Source: a virus
Taxonomy: Duplodnaviria; Caudoviricetes
Strand: one strand, 5' to 3'
Length of the DNA stretch: 58,472 bases
IMG/VR virus record: IMGVR_UViG_3300043468_000545
Coordinates: 1-58,472 of that record
The notes beneath the pieces are model-generated. The model made no database searches and was not told the DNA's origin. It was given only the letters and a program-made list of their open reading frames with translations. Positions 16,219-27,400 of the stretch are shown piece after piece (the stretch's first letter is position 1; every line of letters starts with the position of its first letter). Made by a program: the position numbers and the translations under genes.

Positions 16219-16239
16219 AATAAATAAACTATATTTATT
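16219..16239. promoter_or_regulatory. Overlapping divergent late-promoter-like elements
   Basis: AATAAATA on + (16219-16226) and on - (16232-16239), between divergent gp4 and gp48. Confidence 0.5.
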
Positions 16240-16258
16240 CAAATCATAAAAGGGAATC

Positions 16259-17023
16259 ATGGCAGTACCTAATTTTCCAAAACCACCAGGAAGAAATATA
16301 GCTGGAGGAGCGGGCATGACCTTTCCTTCAGATCTTATCACAAGCGGCAGAGAATATTACACAGAAATAAATTTTCAAAGTTATGAGTATGCCACTGCTA
16401 CTGGTCTAGGGGCTCTTTCTTTTGGAGGAGGAGTGAGATTGCCTATTCCAAGAAGAATTAATGACAACGAGTCCATAATCTGGGAAGAATGGTCAGGAAC
16501 GCAAGCAGCACCGCAGATTTTGGGCGCTGGTGCTGCTATTGCTGGTACATTTGGAGCTGGCGCAGTAGCCAGAGTGGCGCAGGGACTTGGTGGTGTTATG
16601 ACCGGTCTGACGGCTGGTGTTGATATGGCTGGAACTTTTACCGGTCAATCAGTTAATCCATTCCAGTTTATGATGTTTAAAAGACCAAATTTTAAAGAAT
16701 ATACGTTTAGTTGGATTTTAGCTCCAAATACCAGAGAAGATTCAGAAAACCTTAAAGATATTATCAACAAGTGTAAAAAATCTGCTTTGCCCTCAACTGG
16801 TTCGCTAGGCGGCGGATTAATGAAATATCCGGATATTGCTATGGTTAGATTCAGACCAGATGATTATTTGTTTAAACTAAAACCTTGTGCCATTCTAGGC
16901 ATTCAAGTAGATTATACAGGCGCTGGACCATCGTTTTTCAAAAGCGGGGCGCCAACAATTGTAACTCTTACTATGCAGCTGAAAGAACTTCAATTGCAGA
17001 AAAAAGACACATACGTAGAGTAA
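16259..17023 (+). CDS. gp48: Baseplate tail-tube cap gp48-like
   Basis: FPSDL..RLPIP..VNPFQFMMFKRPNFKEYTFSW.LAP..YPD..VDYT..L...EL. Confidence 0.75.
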   Translation: MAVPNFPKPPGRNIAGGAGMTFPSDLITSGREYYTEINFQSYEYATATGLGALSFGGGVRLPIPRRINDNESIIWEEWSGTQAAPQILGAGAAIAGTFGAGAVARVAQGLGGVMTGLTAGVDMAGTFTGQSVNPFQFMMFKRPNFKEYTFSWILAPNTREDSENLKDIINKCKKSALPSTGSLGGGLMKYPDIAMVRFRPDDYLFKLKPCAILGIQVDYTGAGPSFFKSGAPTIVTLTMQLKELQLQKKDTYVE

Positions 17024-17026
17024 AAA

Positions 17027-17902
17027 ATGGTAGATAGATATTTCGATAAACACCCTATTATAAAATACGGCAATAATAATGTCGTAGATATTACAAAACG
17101 TGTTGCTTTGTTGGAAAAAGTTTCAACAGATCCTTTTGCTTTTTATCCTTACGAGATTACCTCAAACGAAAGAGCGGATCAATTAAGTTATCGTTATTAT
17201 GAAGATCCGTTTAAAAGTTGGATATTGTACCTAGGTAACAAAATAGTTGATCCATATTACGAATGGTATCTCCATACAGAAGAATTTGAAGAATACATAG
17301 TCAAAAAATATGGTTCGTATGTTAACGCTGCTGATAAAATCATGTTCTACAGAAATGATTGGTCTGGCGTAGAAGATATTAGTGTAGAAGTTTGGAATTC
17401 TTTGCCTAAAACATTAAAAAATTATTGGGAACCCAATTTTGGCCCAAATAATAAAATTATTGGTTATAAGAGAAAGCAAGTTGATTGGAAAACAGTGACG
17501 AATAAAATGGTTTCCTATCAAGTATCAAATACAAACTTTATTATAGATGAAATAATTGATATCGTGTTTGATGAAAACAATTCGGGTAAAGGTCAGATAT
17601 CTTCAGTCGCAAACAATACTATAATTGTTCAGCATGTAAGTGGAACATTTTTTACGAACGCCGAAATAACCATTAATGAAAGCAGTTATGTGTACGGAAG
17701 AGAAAGCACAGTGAATACAGTTTTCACTTCTGTTACTTCTGTCGCCAATAATCTATCAGAAGAAGAATATTCTTATTGGGTTCCGGTTACATATTTGGAA
17801 TATGAGAACGAAAAAAACGAGTTCAATAAATCTGTGAGGGTTATTGATAGTAATCTTAAACAAAATATGGTTAACAATCTAAGAGATTTGTTGAGAGAGT
17901 AA
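17027..17902 (+). CDS. gp53: Baseplate wedge protein gp53
   Basis: YFDKHPIIKY..ERADQLSYRYYEDP..WILYLGNKIVDPYYEW..YENEKNE. Confidence 0.85.
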   Translation: MVDRYFDKHPIIKYGNNNVVDITKRVALLEKVSTDPFAFYPYEITSNERADQLSYRYYEDPFKSWILYLGNKIVDPYYEWYLHTEEFEEYIVKKYGSYVNAADKIMFYRNDWSGVEDISVEVWNSLPKTLKNYWEPNFGPNNKIIGYKRKQVDWKTVTNKMVSYQVSNTNFIIDEIIDIVFDENNSGKGQISSVANNTIIVQHVSGTFFTNAEITINESSYVYGRESTVNTVFTSVTSVANNLSEEEYSYWVPVTYLEYENEKNEFNKSVRVIDSNLKQNMVNNLRDLLRE

Positions 17903-17903
17903 T

Positions 17904-19166
17904 ATGGCTGTTGGTAATATTAAAATTTCTTCAATGAAGGTTGGGCAGATGGATTTGGTCCAAGGGGGAAAAGTTTCTCTTGTTGGATTCAACATTTATG
18001 AGGATATCTTAAATCCTTATGGTCCATTGGCTGAAATAAGGGTTCTAGACCCAACAGATCAACTTGGAAAAACAAAGTTAAATGGTTCATACGATCAAGA
18101 TGTTGAAATAGATTTTTCTGGAGACAATACTATAGCTGGAATTGGTGGTGGTCATAAGTTAAAGATGAAAATGTTTCATAATAAAGATTTGAACGACCAA
18201 TCTTTGAATAACGTTGGCTCTGGGCACCATAAACAATATGATATTAGATGTGTTTCGCCAGAGTTTTTGAACGCTCAAGGTAACTATGTAGAAAAGAGTT
18301 TCAACCAAGAAACTTCCGAAGCAGTGAAACACATAGTCGAAAAGGGGTTTAAATCAAAAAAACAATTCAATGCTGGTAAAACCAAAAAAAGAAGATTGAT
18401 TATTCCTAAATCTCATCCTTTAGACGCTTACAAACAAATAAGCACTGAACATGTTTCTGACAAATATGAATCTTCTTGTTTTGTATTATTTCAGAAATCC
18501 GGGCAATCTGGCGGTGAGTATGAATACCACTTTAAGACTTTTGAAGAATTGTTTGAAGGTTCGGCAAAAGTAAAATTGAAGCAGACTACTAATTTGAATT
18601 TTGAATTGAATAATAGACAAGAAAGACAAAACTCAATTATGTGGTTTAAACCTTCAAAATCTTTTGATAGCGGTCCAAGAGCTTTAGACAAATCAGCCGA
18701 ATATACATTTGATTATACTACGCACAAAGTTGTCGCTGTAAATCAACCAAAGAGTAACAATAAGTTTAAGTTTGCGGACAGAGAACCAGTATATAATAAT
18801 TCGCCTTCATATGTTGATAAAGGCATACCAACTCATTACGTTCATGATAAAGCTAATAATAAAGAAAAACATGAGACTGCTTCAGCAATGACTAAAAGAG
18901 CAGCCTTCTTGTCTCATTTAGCACAAAATTCTGCAGAATTTGAAACTTATTATAATCCTAATATTAAATTAGGGGAGATGATAGAACTTGATATTCCTAC
19001 AAAGGCGAACAGTGATTGGGAAAGCGGTGAAAAACAAATGAATGGCAAGTTTTTGGTTGTTGCGATTAGAACAAAATATAGAATAGCAGCAGAACCGCCT
19101 AATTGCACTATGGTAGTTAGAGTTGTAAAGGCTTCTTATAAAGAAGGCGGCGGAGGTCAAGCATGA
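17904..19166 (+). CDS. Baseplate hub protein (gp27-like)
   Basis: NIYEDIL..CVSPEF..LGEMIELDIP..NGKFLVVAIR; lies between gp53 and gp5. Confidence 0.6.
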   Translation: MAVGNIKISSMKVGQMDLVQGGKVSLVGFNIYEDILNPYGPLAEIRVLDPTDQLGKTKLNGSYDQDVEIDFSGDNTIAGIGGGHKLKMKMFHNKDLNDQSLNNVGSGHHKQYDIRCVSPEFLNAQGNYVEKSFNQETSEAVKHIVEKGFKSKKQFNAGKTKKRRLIIPKSHPLDAYKQISTEHVSDKYESSCFVLFQKSGQSGGEYEYHFKTFEELFEGSAKVKLKQTTNLNFELNNRQERQNSIMWFKPSKSFDSGPRALDKSAEYTFDYTTHKVVAVNQPKSNNKFKFADREPVYNNSPSYVDKGIPTHYVHDKANNKEKHETASAMTKRAAFLSHLAQNSAEFETYYNPNIKLGEMIELDIPTKANSDWESGEKQMNGKFLVVAIRTKYRIAAEPPNCTMVVRVVKASYKEGGGGQA

Positions 19167-19576
19167 CATTTCACATAGCAGAGGTAAGAAACTTTGAAGA
19201 CGATCCTACTAAATCAGGTCGTGTAAAGGTTAGAATATACAACAAACATAACGACGAACAGCAAGTAAAAGATGAAGAATTGCCATGGGCCATGGTACTT
19301 CATCCAATTACTTCGCCAGCAACATCTAGAATAGGTGTTTCGCCTTCGGGGTTGGTAGTCGGTTCTAGGGTTTTGATTATATATTCTGAAGAAGATCATG
19401 CCAAACAGTATCCTATTGTATTAGGATCATTAGCAAGAGGTGATATGCCAGAAGGACATGATAGTAGTAATGGTGGAGTTGGAAAGAGCGCTGATGATGC
19501 TAAGAAAAATTCTGGTGGTAAAATTAGAAAGCCAGGTATTGATAATCCAGCTTGGACCAAAAAGGATAGTAATTAA
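19163..19576 (+). CDS. gp5: gp5 N-terminal OB-fold domain (stand-alone)
   Basis: DDPTKSGRVKVRIY..LPWA..G.SPSGLVVGSRV..PIVLGSL. Confidence 0.85.
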   Translation: MTFHIAEVRNFEDDPTKSGRVKVRIYNKHNDEQQVKDEELPWAMVLHPITSPATSRIGVSPSGLVVGSRVLIIYSEEDHAKQYPIVLGSLARGDMPEGHDSSNGGVGKSADDAKKNSGGKIRKPGIDNPAWTKKDSN

Positions 19577-21045
19577 TGGCGCCTAAACCAGCTTTTGAAG
19601 ATAATAAAAAGAGAGTAAGTCCGAACAATCAAACTATTGGTGGAAAAAAACCAAAGATTGATGCTTCAGTAAAATATGCTGATGCGCCAGCAGTTAAACC
19701 AGAAGATACAAAAGAACTTTCTGAAGTCAGAGAAAAATTTGCTCCGAATGCTGACAAACCAACAACAGCTTCTGGTGACAAAGGTATAACAGATTTACCA
19801 CAATTGGTAAAACAAATTGATCCTCAAGGTAAAGCCCAGGTCATACCACAAATGTATCAACAGTTGATGCAAATGACTAGCATACTATCTATGGGTAGCG
19901 GTTTCGGTGGTGGTGGTGCTGGTGGTAATACTGGCTTGAACCAAATACCTGTATTGCCTTCTGGCATTTCTTCTGTGTTAGAAGATTCTTTTACTGGCGC
20001 ATTGGCAATTTTGGTTAAAAAATATGGATTTGAACGTGTAATACAAGTTTTTGTTTTATTGCTTTCTGATAATAGAATAAATTTGGTTGATTCTAGATTC
20101 AGGAAAATTGTTGAGAATGCTATGGCAAACTTAATAAAAGTTTGTTTATATTATGGTCCAGAAAAAATACCTGTATCAACATATGATCTAGTTGTATTTG
20201 GTGTCAATGTACCAGATCCATTGGTAGATCCAGCTTCTGTGCCAGATTTTTACCAAAAATACTATTACACTCTAGCATCAGACCCATATCCAGGTTATTA
20301 TGAATGGAGATCTCCGGCTTCTACGGATAAAGTTTGGACCAAAAAAGAAGAAAACACGTATCACTTTTCTTCGTCTAGTCAAGAAATTTATTCAAACTCC
20401 GAATTGGGTTTAGCTGAGGATCTAGATCAATATGTAAAGATACAAACACCACAGCCTATTTTAACAATTGCGCTATTCAATGAATTGTTGATAAAAAGAT
20501 CAAATTTAATAGAACAAGATACATTAAACAATAATATGGGAAACAATTCTGGTTCTAACTCCGGTAATAACGGAGGAAATAATATGGCAGGTATGATGGG
20601 CGGTCAATTGCAGCAATTAATGCAGTTGTTGCAGTCAGAACAACTACCAAAATCTGTTTTGAACCAAGGAGAGATTGGTAAAGTTTTACAACAATATACA
20701 AAAGATATGGCATTCAATAATCAACTTTTTGAATTAGGAAATGCAGCAATGGGTGGTGGTATAGGCGGTGCTTTAGGATCTCTTGGGAACATGGGAGGTT
20801 TGTCAAATATCATGGGAGGATTTGGAGCTGGCGGAGGAGGTATTGGTGGTATATTAGGAAATCTTGGTGGCGGAAATCTTTTAGGTAGTTTTGGTGGGTT
20901 TGGTGGTGCTTCCAATGGAGGTGGCGGAGGGGCTGGATCTGGATTCCCTGAAGCTTCTGGTGGTGGCAGTTATTCCGGAGGAAATATTTCAGAATCAGGA
21001 TTAACAAATATTCAAACAATGTTAACTCTATTAGGAATAACATAA
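19576..21045 (+). CDS. Unknown 489-aa protein with a Gly-rich C-terminus, lying between the gp5 parts
   Basis: ORF coupled by TAATG and TAAATG junctions; no family recognised. Confidence 0.75.
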   Translation: MAPKPAFEDNKKRVSPNNQTIGGKKPKIDASVKYADAPAVKPEDTKELSEVREKFAPNADKPTTASGDKGITDLPQLVKQIDPQGKAQVIPQMYQQLMQMTSILSMGSGFGGGGAGGNTGLNQIPVLPSGISSVLEDSFTGALAILVKKYGFERVIQVFVLLLSDNRINLVDSRFRKIVENAMANLIKVCLYYGPEKIPVSTYDLVVFGVNVPDPLVDPASVPDFYQKYYYTLASDPYPGYYEWRSPASTDKVWTKKEENTYHFSSSSQEIYSNSELGLAEDLDQYVKIQTPQPILTIALFNELLIKRSNLIEQDTLNNNMGNNSGSNSGNNGGNNMAGMMGGQLQQLMQLLQSEQLPKSVLNQGEIGKVLQQYTKDMAFNNQLFELGNAAMGGGIGGALGSLGNMGGLSNIMGGFGAGGGGIGGILGNLGGGNLLGSFGGFGGASNGGGGGAGSGFPEASGGGSYSGGNISESGLTNIQTMLTLLGIT

Positions 21046-21870
21046 ATGACTGGCGAAAAAGATAATAAAAAATTACCAAAATCTGGCGTAGACGAAGACG
21101 ATATTGTTCCAAAATATGGTTATATTCATGGAGAATGGGATGCATTAGGAGGCCATCATTTTAAATATCGTTATCCGGAAGAAAACGAAAAATCTTATTC
21201 TGAAGAACTATTACCTAGTGGTAGTTATCACACTACTCAACATGATTCCAAGAAAAAAGAAATACACACAAATTTAAAATCGGGCGAATACAGAGGCTAT
21301 ACTGCTGGAGGACATGCCAGTCAAGTTGATGGTCATTATGATCATAATGGCGAAAAAACTGGTAGAATTGAATATGGTAAAGATTTCGGCCAAGCAACTG
21401 GCGGAAAGTATTACAGAGGTACACAAAAAGAAGAAATTAAAATGTCTGGGGGTGCACAATTTAAGTCAACCCAGAAAGCCTCTGATTCTGTGACTTGTAA
21501 AGTTAGTTCCGGAACTCTTAGGGACAGGTGTAAAAAAGATAGATTCAAAGCCACTGAAGGCAACTATGTTTCTATGGGAGAAAAGAATAAAGTAGAAGTA
21601 TTCAAACAAGATGTTTCTATGTATGCTGGTTCTAATCATGATATTCATATAAAACAAAAAGGTAAAATAGAAACTGGTAGTACTATGATGATTCAAACAG
21701 GATCAGATGCTACTATTAATTCTGCAGCCAAAATTTTAGGAAAAGCGCAATCTGATATTACAATAGATTCTCAATCAAAAATCACATTAAAAGTTGGTGG
21801 ATCTAGTATAGTTATCGAAAGCGGCTCAATAACAATTAAATCTTCACAGATCAAGTTCGAACAAGGTTAA
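21046..21870 (+). CDS. gp5 C-terminal beta-helix spike
   Basis: PKYGYIH..GGH..PSGSY region resembling the post-lysozyme part of gp5; beta-strand repeats ending ITLKVGGSSIVIESGSITIKS; followed by PAAR. Confidence 0.7.
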   Translation: MTGEKDNKKLPKSGVDEDDIVPKYGYIHGEWDALGGHHFKYRYPEENEKSYSEELLPSGSYHTTQHDSKKKEIHTNLKSGEYRGYTAGGHASQVDGHYDHNGEKTGRIEYGKDFGQATGGKYYRGTQKEEIKMSGGAQFKSTQKASDSVTCKVSSGTLRDRCKKDRFKATEGNYVSMGEKNKVEVFKQDVSMYAGSNHDIHIKQKGKIETGSTMMIQTGSDATINSAAKILGKAQSDITIDSQSKITLKVGGSSIVIESGSITIKSSQIKFEQG

Positions 21871-21877
21871 ATAGTAA

Positions 21878-22165
21878 ATGAGTCAAGCGCATAGACATGG
21901 CGATCAAAGATCATGCGGAGCTACTACAGTTGTTAGTGGGCAGAGTTTTGTTACTATAGATGGAAAATTATGGGCTGTTGAAAATGATCAAAATACACAT
22001 GGCGGCGGTGGTTTAATAGCTTCTAAATCATATATTACAATTGCTGGTAAAAAGATAATAGTTGTAAATGATAGTGCCAATCCGGACAATTTATGCCCAA
22101 CAGCTGGTGGACAACATTGTAATCCCAAAGCTTCTTCTGGAAGCAGTTTAGTAGAAGTAGGATAA
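21878..22165 (+). CDS. PAAR-type spike tip protein (gp5.4-like)
   Basis: AHRHGD..CGA..VTIDGK..H..C..SGSS.V.VG. Confidence 0.8.
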   Translation: MSQAHRHGDQRSCGATTVVSGQSFVTIDGKLWAVENDQNTHGGGGLIASKSYITIAGKKIIVVNDSANPDNLCPTAGGQHCNPKASSGSSLVEVG

Positions 22166-22591
22166 ATGCCAATAACAAGAGCAGATGCCTTAACAGGCAC
22201 AACAAAACAAAAAGAATATTTTTCGGATTTTTTGACTAATTTCGATATGACTCCTTTTGGTAATCAAATTGGTAGAGTTACCAATGAACAAGCAGTCAAT
22301 CAGTCATTGAAAAATCTTATAAAAACTAGTTTAGGCGAAAGACCCTTTCAGCCAATGATAGGCTCGGATGTTTATTCTATGCTTTTCGAAAATCAGTATC
22401 CTGAAGACATTTCGCTCTTAGAACTTTTCATAAAAAATACCATAGAAAATAATGAACCAAGAGCAAACCTTTTAGGGGTTGAAGTTAAAATTCAACCAAA
22501 CGAAAATTCTTTAGAAATAAGCATTTATTATAATTTAATAAATAATCCAGAACCTATTACTCTTACTGTACTATTGAAACGAGTCAGATAA
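22166..22591 (+). CDS. gp25: Baseplate wedge gp25
   Basis: AVNQSLKNLIKTSLGERPFQPMIGS..IENNEPRA. Confidence 0.92.
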   Translation: MPITRADALTGTTKQKEYFSDFLTNFDMTPFGNQIGRVTNEQAVNQSLKNLIKTSLGERPFQPMIGSDVYSMLFENQYPEDISLLELFIKNTIENNEPRANLLGVEVKIQPNENSLEISIYYNLINNPEPITLTVLLKRVR

Positions 22592-24490
22592 ATGGCAGCA
22601 AATAGCTCACTAACACTTAGTTCTTTAGATTTTGACACTCTAAAAGATAACTTTAAAGAGTTTCTGAAAACTCAATCTGTTCTAAAAGATTATAACTACG
22701 ACGGCTCGAATATTAACGTTTTATTAGACGTTATGGCGTATAACTCATATTTGAATTCTTTTTATCTCAATATGGTTGCTTCTGAGATGTTCCTGGATTC
22801 GGCGCAAAAATATGACTCAATCGTATCTCATTCAAAAGAATTAAATTATACACCAAGAAGTGCTCATTCTTCAGTTGCTAATGTTTCGTTCACGGTTGAA
22901 ACTACTGGAATTTTAGGTAATCTTACTATTCCAAAAGGGGCGAGATTTTCAGGGTCAAACTCTAACGGTTCCTTTAACTTCGTAACTGATTCTAGAATTA
23001 CTGTCACTTCAACAAACAACATTTTCGTAGTAGACAATCTTCAAATCAAAGAAGGTATTTACTTTCAAGATTCGTTTGTGATGAATTATGATATTGAAAA
23101 TCAATTATTTGTTCTTTCCAACCAAAATATTGATACTAGTTCTTTAGAAGTATACGTAATTGAAGATAATGGTTCTTCAAACACAGAATTTACACGTTCT
23201 GAAACATTATTCGAACTTGATAATAAATCAGAAGTATTTTTCGTTCAAGGTTCTGATAACAACAAATATGAAGTTGTTTTTGGCGATGGTTATTTTGGTA
23301 GAAAACCTAAAAATGGTGCTACCATTCTTGTGAAATATATTGTCACCAATGGGCACAATGGCAACGGCGTTGAGGAATTCACGTTAGATGATGACATTGG
23401 ACCGTTTAACAATGGTATCGCGACAGTTTCTTCCATAACAACAGTCTCTCCTTCTGTAGGAGGATCTACCCAAGAATCCATTGAATCTGTAAGATTTGCT
23501 GCACCAAGATATTTTGCAACTCAACAAAGAGCAGTTTCTTCTGACGATTATGCTGCTCTTGTTAAAAACAATTTTGGCGGCGAGATCCAAGACGTTGCTA
23601 TATTTGGCGGTCAAGATGTAGAACCTAAAAGATACGGTAGAGTTATTGTTTGTATAAAGCCAGTTATAGGAACTATTGCTCCAGATTATCTGAAAAATAG
23701 AATAATAAATTTCCTTTTGAGATATGTAGCTCTTCCTAATAGATTAGATCTATCTGATCCAGAATACATGTATGTCAAGCTTGATACAATTGTTCAGTAT
23801 AACATATATACTACAAGTAAATCTGTCTCAGAACTAAAAACAGAAGTTTTGAATGCTATACTTCAATACAGTTCAGATCATTTGGAATTATTTAACAAAG
23901 ATCTAAGATTCAGTAGACTGGCCGCAGAAATCGACGATTCTGATACTAGTATAGTAAGTAATCAAACATATTTGAGATTAGTCAAAAAAATTGCGCCTTT
24001 GTTGAATTATCCTACAACATTTAGTATAAACACAAAAAATGCTATTACATATGAAACGCCGACCAAAAAAGTTTACGAAAATGGCGTGTTAATACCACAC
24101 GCTGAACTTTATTTGGCAACATATCAATCTCATTATGACCACGCTTCTTTAATTTCTTCTAAATTTACATACAGATATAATGGTGTTGAATATCCAGAAG
24201 CTTATTTTGCTGACGATGGTCAAGCAGAAGAAACTGGTGATGATACAGGTAAAGCAATTATTAAAGTTTATGCTCCAGTAAATGGCATTATTACACCTAT
24301 TGTTGAAGTTGGTAAAATTAGATATAGTGATGGATCTTTTACTTTGAATAATATTACAGTTTCTTCTTATACTGGAGAAATTTCAATTTACCTCCGCAAC
24401 GAAGATGTAGATATTTTTGCTGGCTTAAATAATATTATTAAAATAGTACCCGAAGATGTATCTATAACCATAATCGAAGCTAAAGAATAA
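22592..24490 (+). CDS. gp6: Baseplate wedge gp6
   Basis: LDFDTLK..DYNYDGS..LLDVMAYN..EMFLDSA..FGDG.FG..QQRAVS..DY. Confidence 0.93.
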   Translation: MAANSSLTLSSLDFDTLKDNFKEFLKTQSVLKDYNYDGSNINVLLDVMAYNSYLNSFYLNMVASEMFLDSAQKYDSIVSHSKELNYTPRSAHSSVANVSFTVETTGILGNLTIPKGARFSGSNSNGSFNFVTDSRITVTSTNNIFVVDNLQIKEGIYFQDSFVMNYDIENQLFVLSNQNIDTSSLEVYVIEDNGSSNTEFTRSETLFELDNKSEVFFVQGSDNNKYEVVFGDGYFGRKPKNGATILVKYIVTNGHNGNGVEEFTLDDDIGPFNNGIATVSSITTVSPSVGGSTQESIESVRFAAPRYFATQQRAVSSDDYAALVKNNFGGEIQDVAIFGGQDVEPKRYGRVIVCIKPVIGTIAPDYLKNRIINFLLRYVALPNRLDLSDPEYMYVKLDTIVQYNIYTTSKSVSELKTEVLNAILQYSSDHLELFNKDLRFSRLAAEIDDSDTSIVSNQTYLRLVKKIAPLLNYPTTFSINTKNAITYETPTKKVYENGVLIPHAELYLATYQSHYDHASLISSKFTYRYNGVEYPEAYFADDGQAEETGDDTGKAIIKVYAPVNGIITPIVEVGKIRYSDGSFTLNNITVSSYTGEISIYLRNEDVDIFAGLNNIIKIVPEDVSITIIEAKE

Positions 24491-27400
24491 TGGAATTTGC
24501 AGTAGAAAAATATATCTCTAATTTTGTAGAGAACCAGTTTCCGCAGTTTTATCAGGAAGATGGTCCAACTTTCATATTGTTTATGAAAGCATATTATGAA
24601 TGGATGGAAAGCGATGGCAACCCTATTGGCGAAGCCAGAAGCTTATTCGACAATAGAGATATCGATAATACTACAGAAAACTTTTTACAGCATTTTCAGA
24701 AAAAATATTTGTATGGTATTCCTTTTGATATTATTTCAAATAAACGATTTCTTTTAAAACACATTCTTGATGTTTATAGATCTAAAGGATCAATATTTTG
24801 TTATAAGCTTCTTTTTAGATTAATTTACGACGAAGACGTTGACATTTATCTTCCGGGCAATGATGTATTGAGAGTGTCCGATGGTAATTGGTATAAACCC
24901 CAATATCTAGAAATTACTGACAATGATGTAATGAAAGATTGGGTTGGTAAAACTATTGTTGGTACTTCTTCTAACACTTTCGCTGTTGTTGAAAATTATG
25001 TTCAACAAAGATATAATAATGATATCGTAAATCTTGTTTATATTACTAATGTTTTGCCAAATGGTGGCGAGTTTATCATCGGCGAAAAGATAATTCGCTA
25101 TGATTTTCTAGATAATAGTGAAATTAATTACCAAGCCCCAACAGTTCTTGGATCTATGTTTAATCTTGATATTACAATTGGTGGACAAGACTTCAACGTT
25201 GGCGACGTTTTAAAATTAGTTTACAGAGACCCCATTACTGACGATATTATTTCCTATGGTAAAGAAGGTCTAATAAGAGTTGCTGAAGTATTTAAACAAA
25301 TTGGTTCTTTAACTATTAGAGTTCAAAGCAGCGGGTTTGGGTTTACAGCAAATTCTCTAACATTTCTTTATAATGACACTTACGATAAAACTGGCACAGG
25401 CGCTAGTTTTAATATTCGTAATCTTTATTCTAAAAGATATGTAATATATAACGATGATATTATTTTTAATTATAAAAGAGTTTATTTAAACGATCCAACT
25501 TTTGGTTTTGATAAAAACCCAATAGGTAATATCAATTCAACATTAAATAATGTATTGACTTACAAAGGCGGCACTTTTGGACGTATTCTCAATCTTAGAA
25601 ATATTAAAATTGGTTCAGATTATACCAAACCAGCTACCACATTCACAAGATCAGTAATCACATCTAACGAATTACCTGGAGTAGTCTCGTATTCTGCGGA
25701 CGCTTTAGAAGTTAGAGAATTGATTTATTCCGGAAATGCTGCTAATTATGATAATACAGATATTATTACTGTTGTTAATTTAAGATCTAATGTTAACATA
25801 AGAGACGCCAGAGGCGCTGCCGATCCTGCTGAAATGCATGACATCGTAGCTAGTAATGGCGCAATATATCAATTTTACGCGAATTCACAAGGATTCAGTA
25901 ACACCACTGACGTAATTTATATTTATCAAGCAGACGATTATTTTGCAAAAGGCGATAAGATTTATTATCAAGTTCCTACCAATAACACAGCTCTGAGGGG
26001 TTTAACTGGTAACAATTATTATTGGATTAATTTCGTAAATACTACATCTATTGCTCTTACCGCTAACGCTCTTGGTACTAACGCTACATTATCAATGACT
26101 ACCAATAACGTTGGAGGCGATTTATCATTTACAGTCACCAATCCAGGAACAAACTTTATTAATTTGAATCCTATTATTGTGGTATCAAATTCTAGTGGTG
26201 GTTCTTCAAACGGATCTGGTGCAGTTTTTGATGTTGGTTTTGCTTATTACGTTACTGGTTCAACTCCTGTTCTTGGAACAAACGTAGATATTCTTGCTGT
26301 TGTCCGCGAAGCAGATAATCCCGCCGAAACTCATTATCTTGAAGATGAAACAGGCACACAGTTTCAGTTTTATGCAAATGGAAATGGGTTCAGTCTTTTA
26401 GGTAATTGGATAAAACCAATAAAGGTAAGTCGTAATTTTGAAGTTGCTAATGTAAGTATTAATAATACTGCACCTGGAGCAAACTCTGATGAAACTCATA
26501 GTATTATACTATTAAAAAATAATTCTACATATAATTTTTACGCAAATTCTACTGGGTTTGATTATTCTACAGACACAATTAAAATAAATTCAGCTAGCAG
26601 TCATTTTGCAAAAGGTGATAGAGTATATTACCAAGTGCCCAATAGTAATACTCCATTATCCGGTTTGACTGGTAATACGTATTATTACGTAAACTTTGTC
26701 AATAGTTCTTCTATAGCTTTAGAATATTCAGAACTAACTTTCGGACAAAGAATCGAATATGTAGTACCAGATGGTAACACTGAGTTAGACGGTTTGACAG
26801 GCAACTCTTATTACTATGTTAATTATACAAACAATCTAATCATTACTCTTACCACTGATGAAATAACTAATGCTAATTTTGGCACTGTGTTTTCAGAAGT
26901 TTTTGAAGCAAACGATGTAATTTGTTTCCAAGCAAACAGTGCTGATTCTAATACTGTTGAATTTCAAGTAATTAAAGAAGTTGTAAGCAATACAAAATTG
27001 TATCTATATGGAAATACCATATATAATTCAACTGATTCTTCAAAGTATTTCTTGGCGCCAACTACTATACCTGCAAATTTCGCCAAATATGACACTTTGA
27101 TGTTTACCGCCAATGGCTCTATAAATGGTGAGAACGAAAGAATTACAGCTGTTCCTAGTTCTGGAAATAATGCCATTAAATCAGTAACTAGTTTGGATTC
27201 CGGAGTTGGTTACGTTGAAGGCGAAGAAGTAACAGCTTATTTGTATAACGCTGTTTCCGACGCTATTACAATCGTTCAAGGCGGCACAGGTTATGCCAAT
27301 AATGAAAAATTAGTTTTTGCTGGCGGAGATCCAGGAACTATTGCTACTGGGTTTATAACCACTAATTCGACAGGCGGTATTGTAGACGCGACAGTGTTGA

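Noticed and set aside
21043-22594. Stop-codon readthrough at in-frame TAA-ATG junctions
   Set aside because: The same abutment occurs between clearly separate genes (PAAR/gp25, gp25/gp6), so it is ordinary translational coupling
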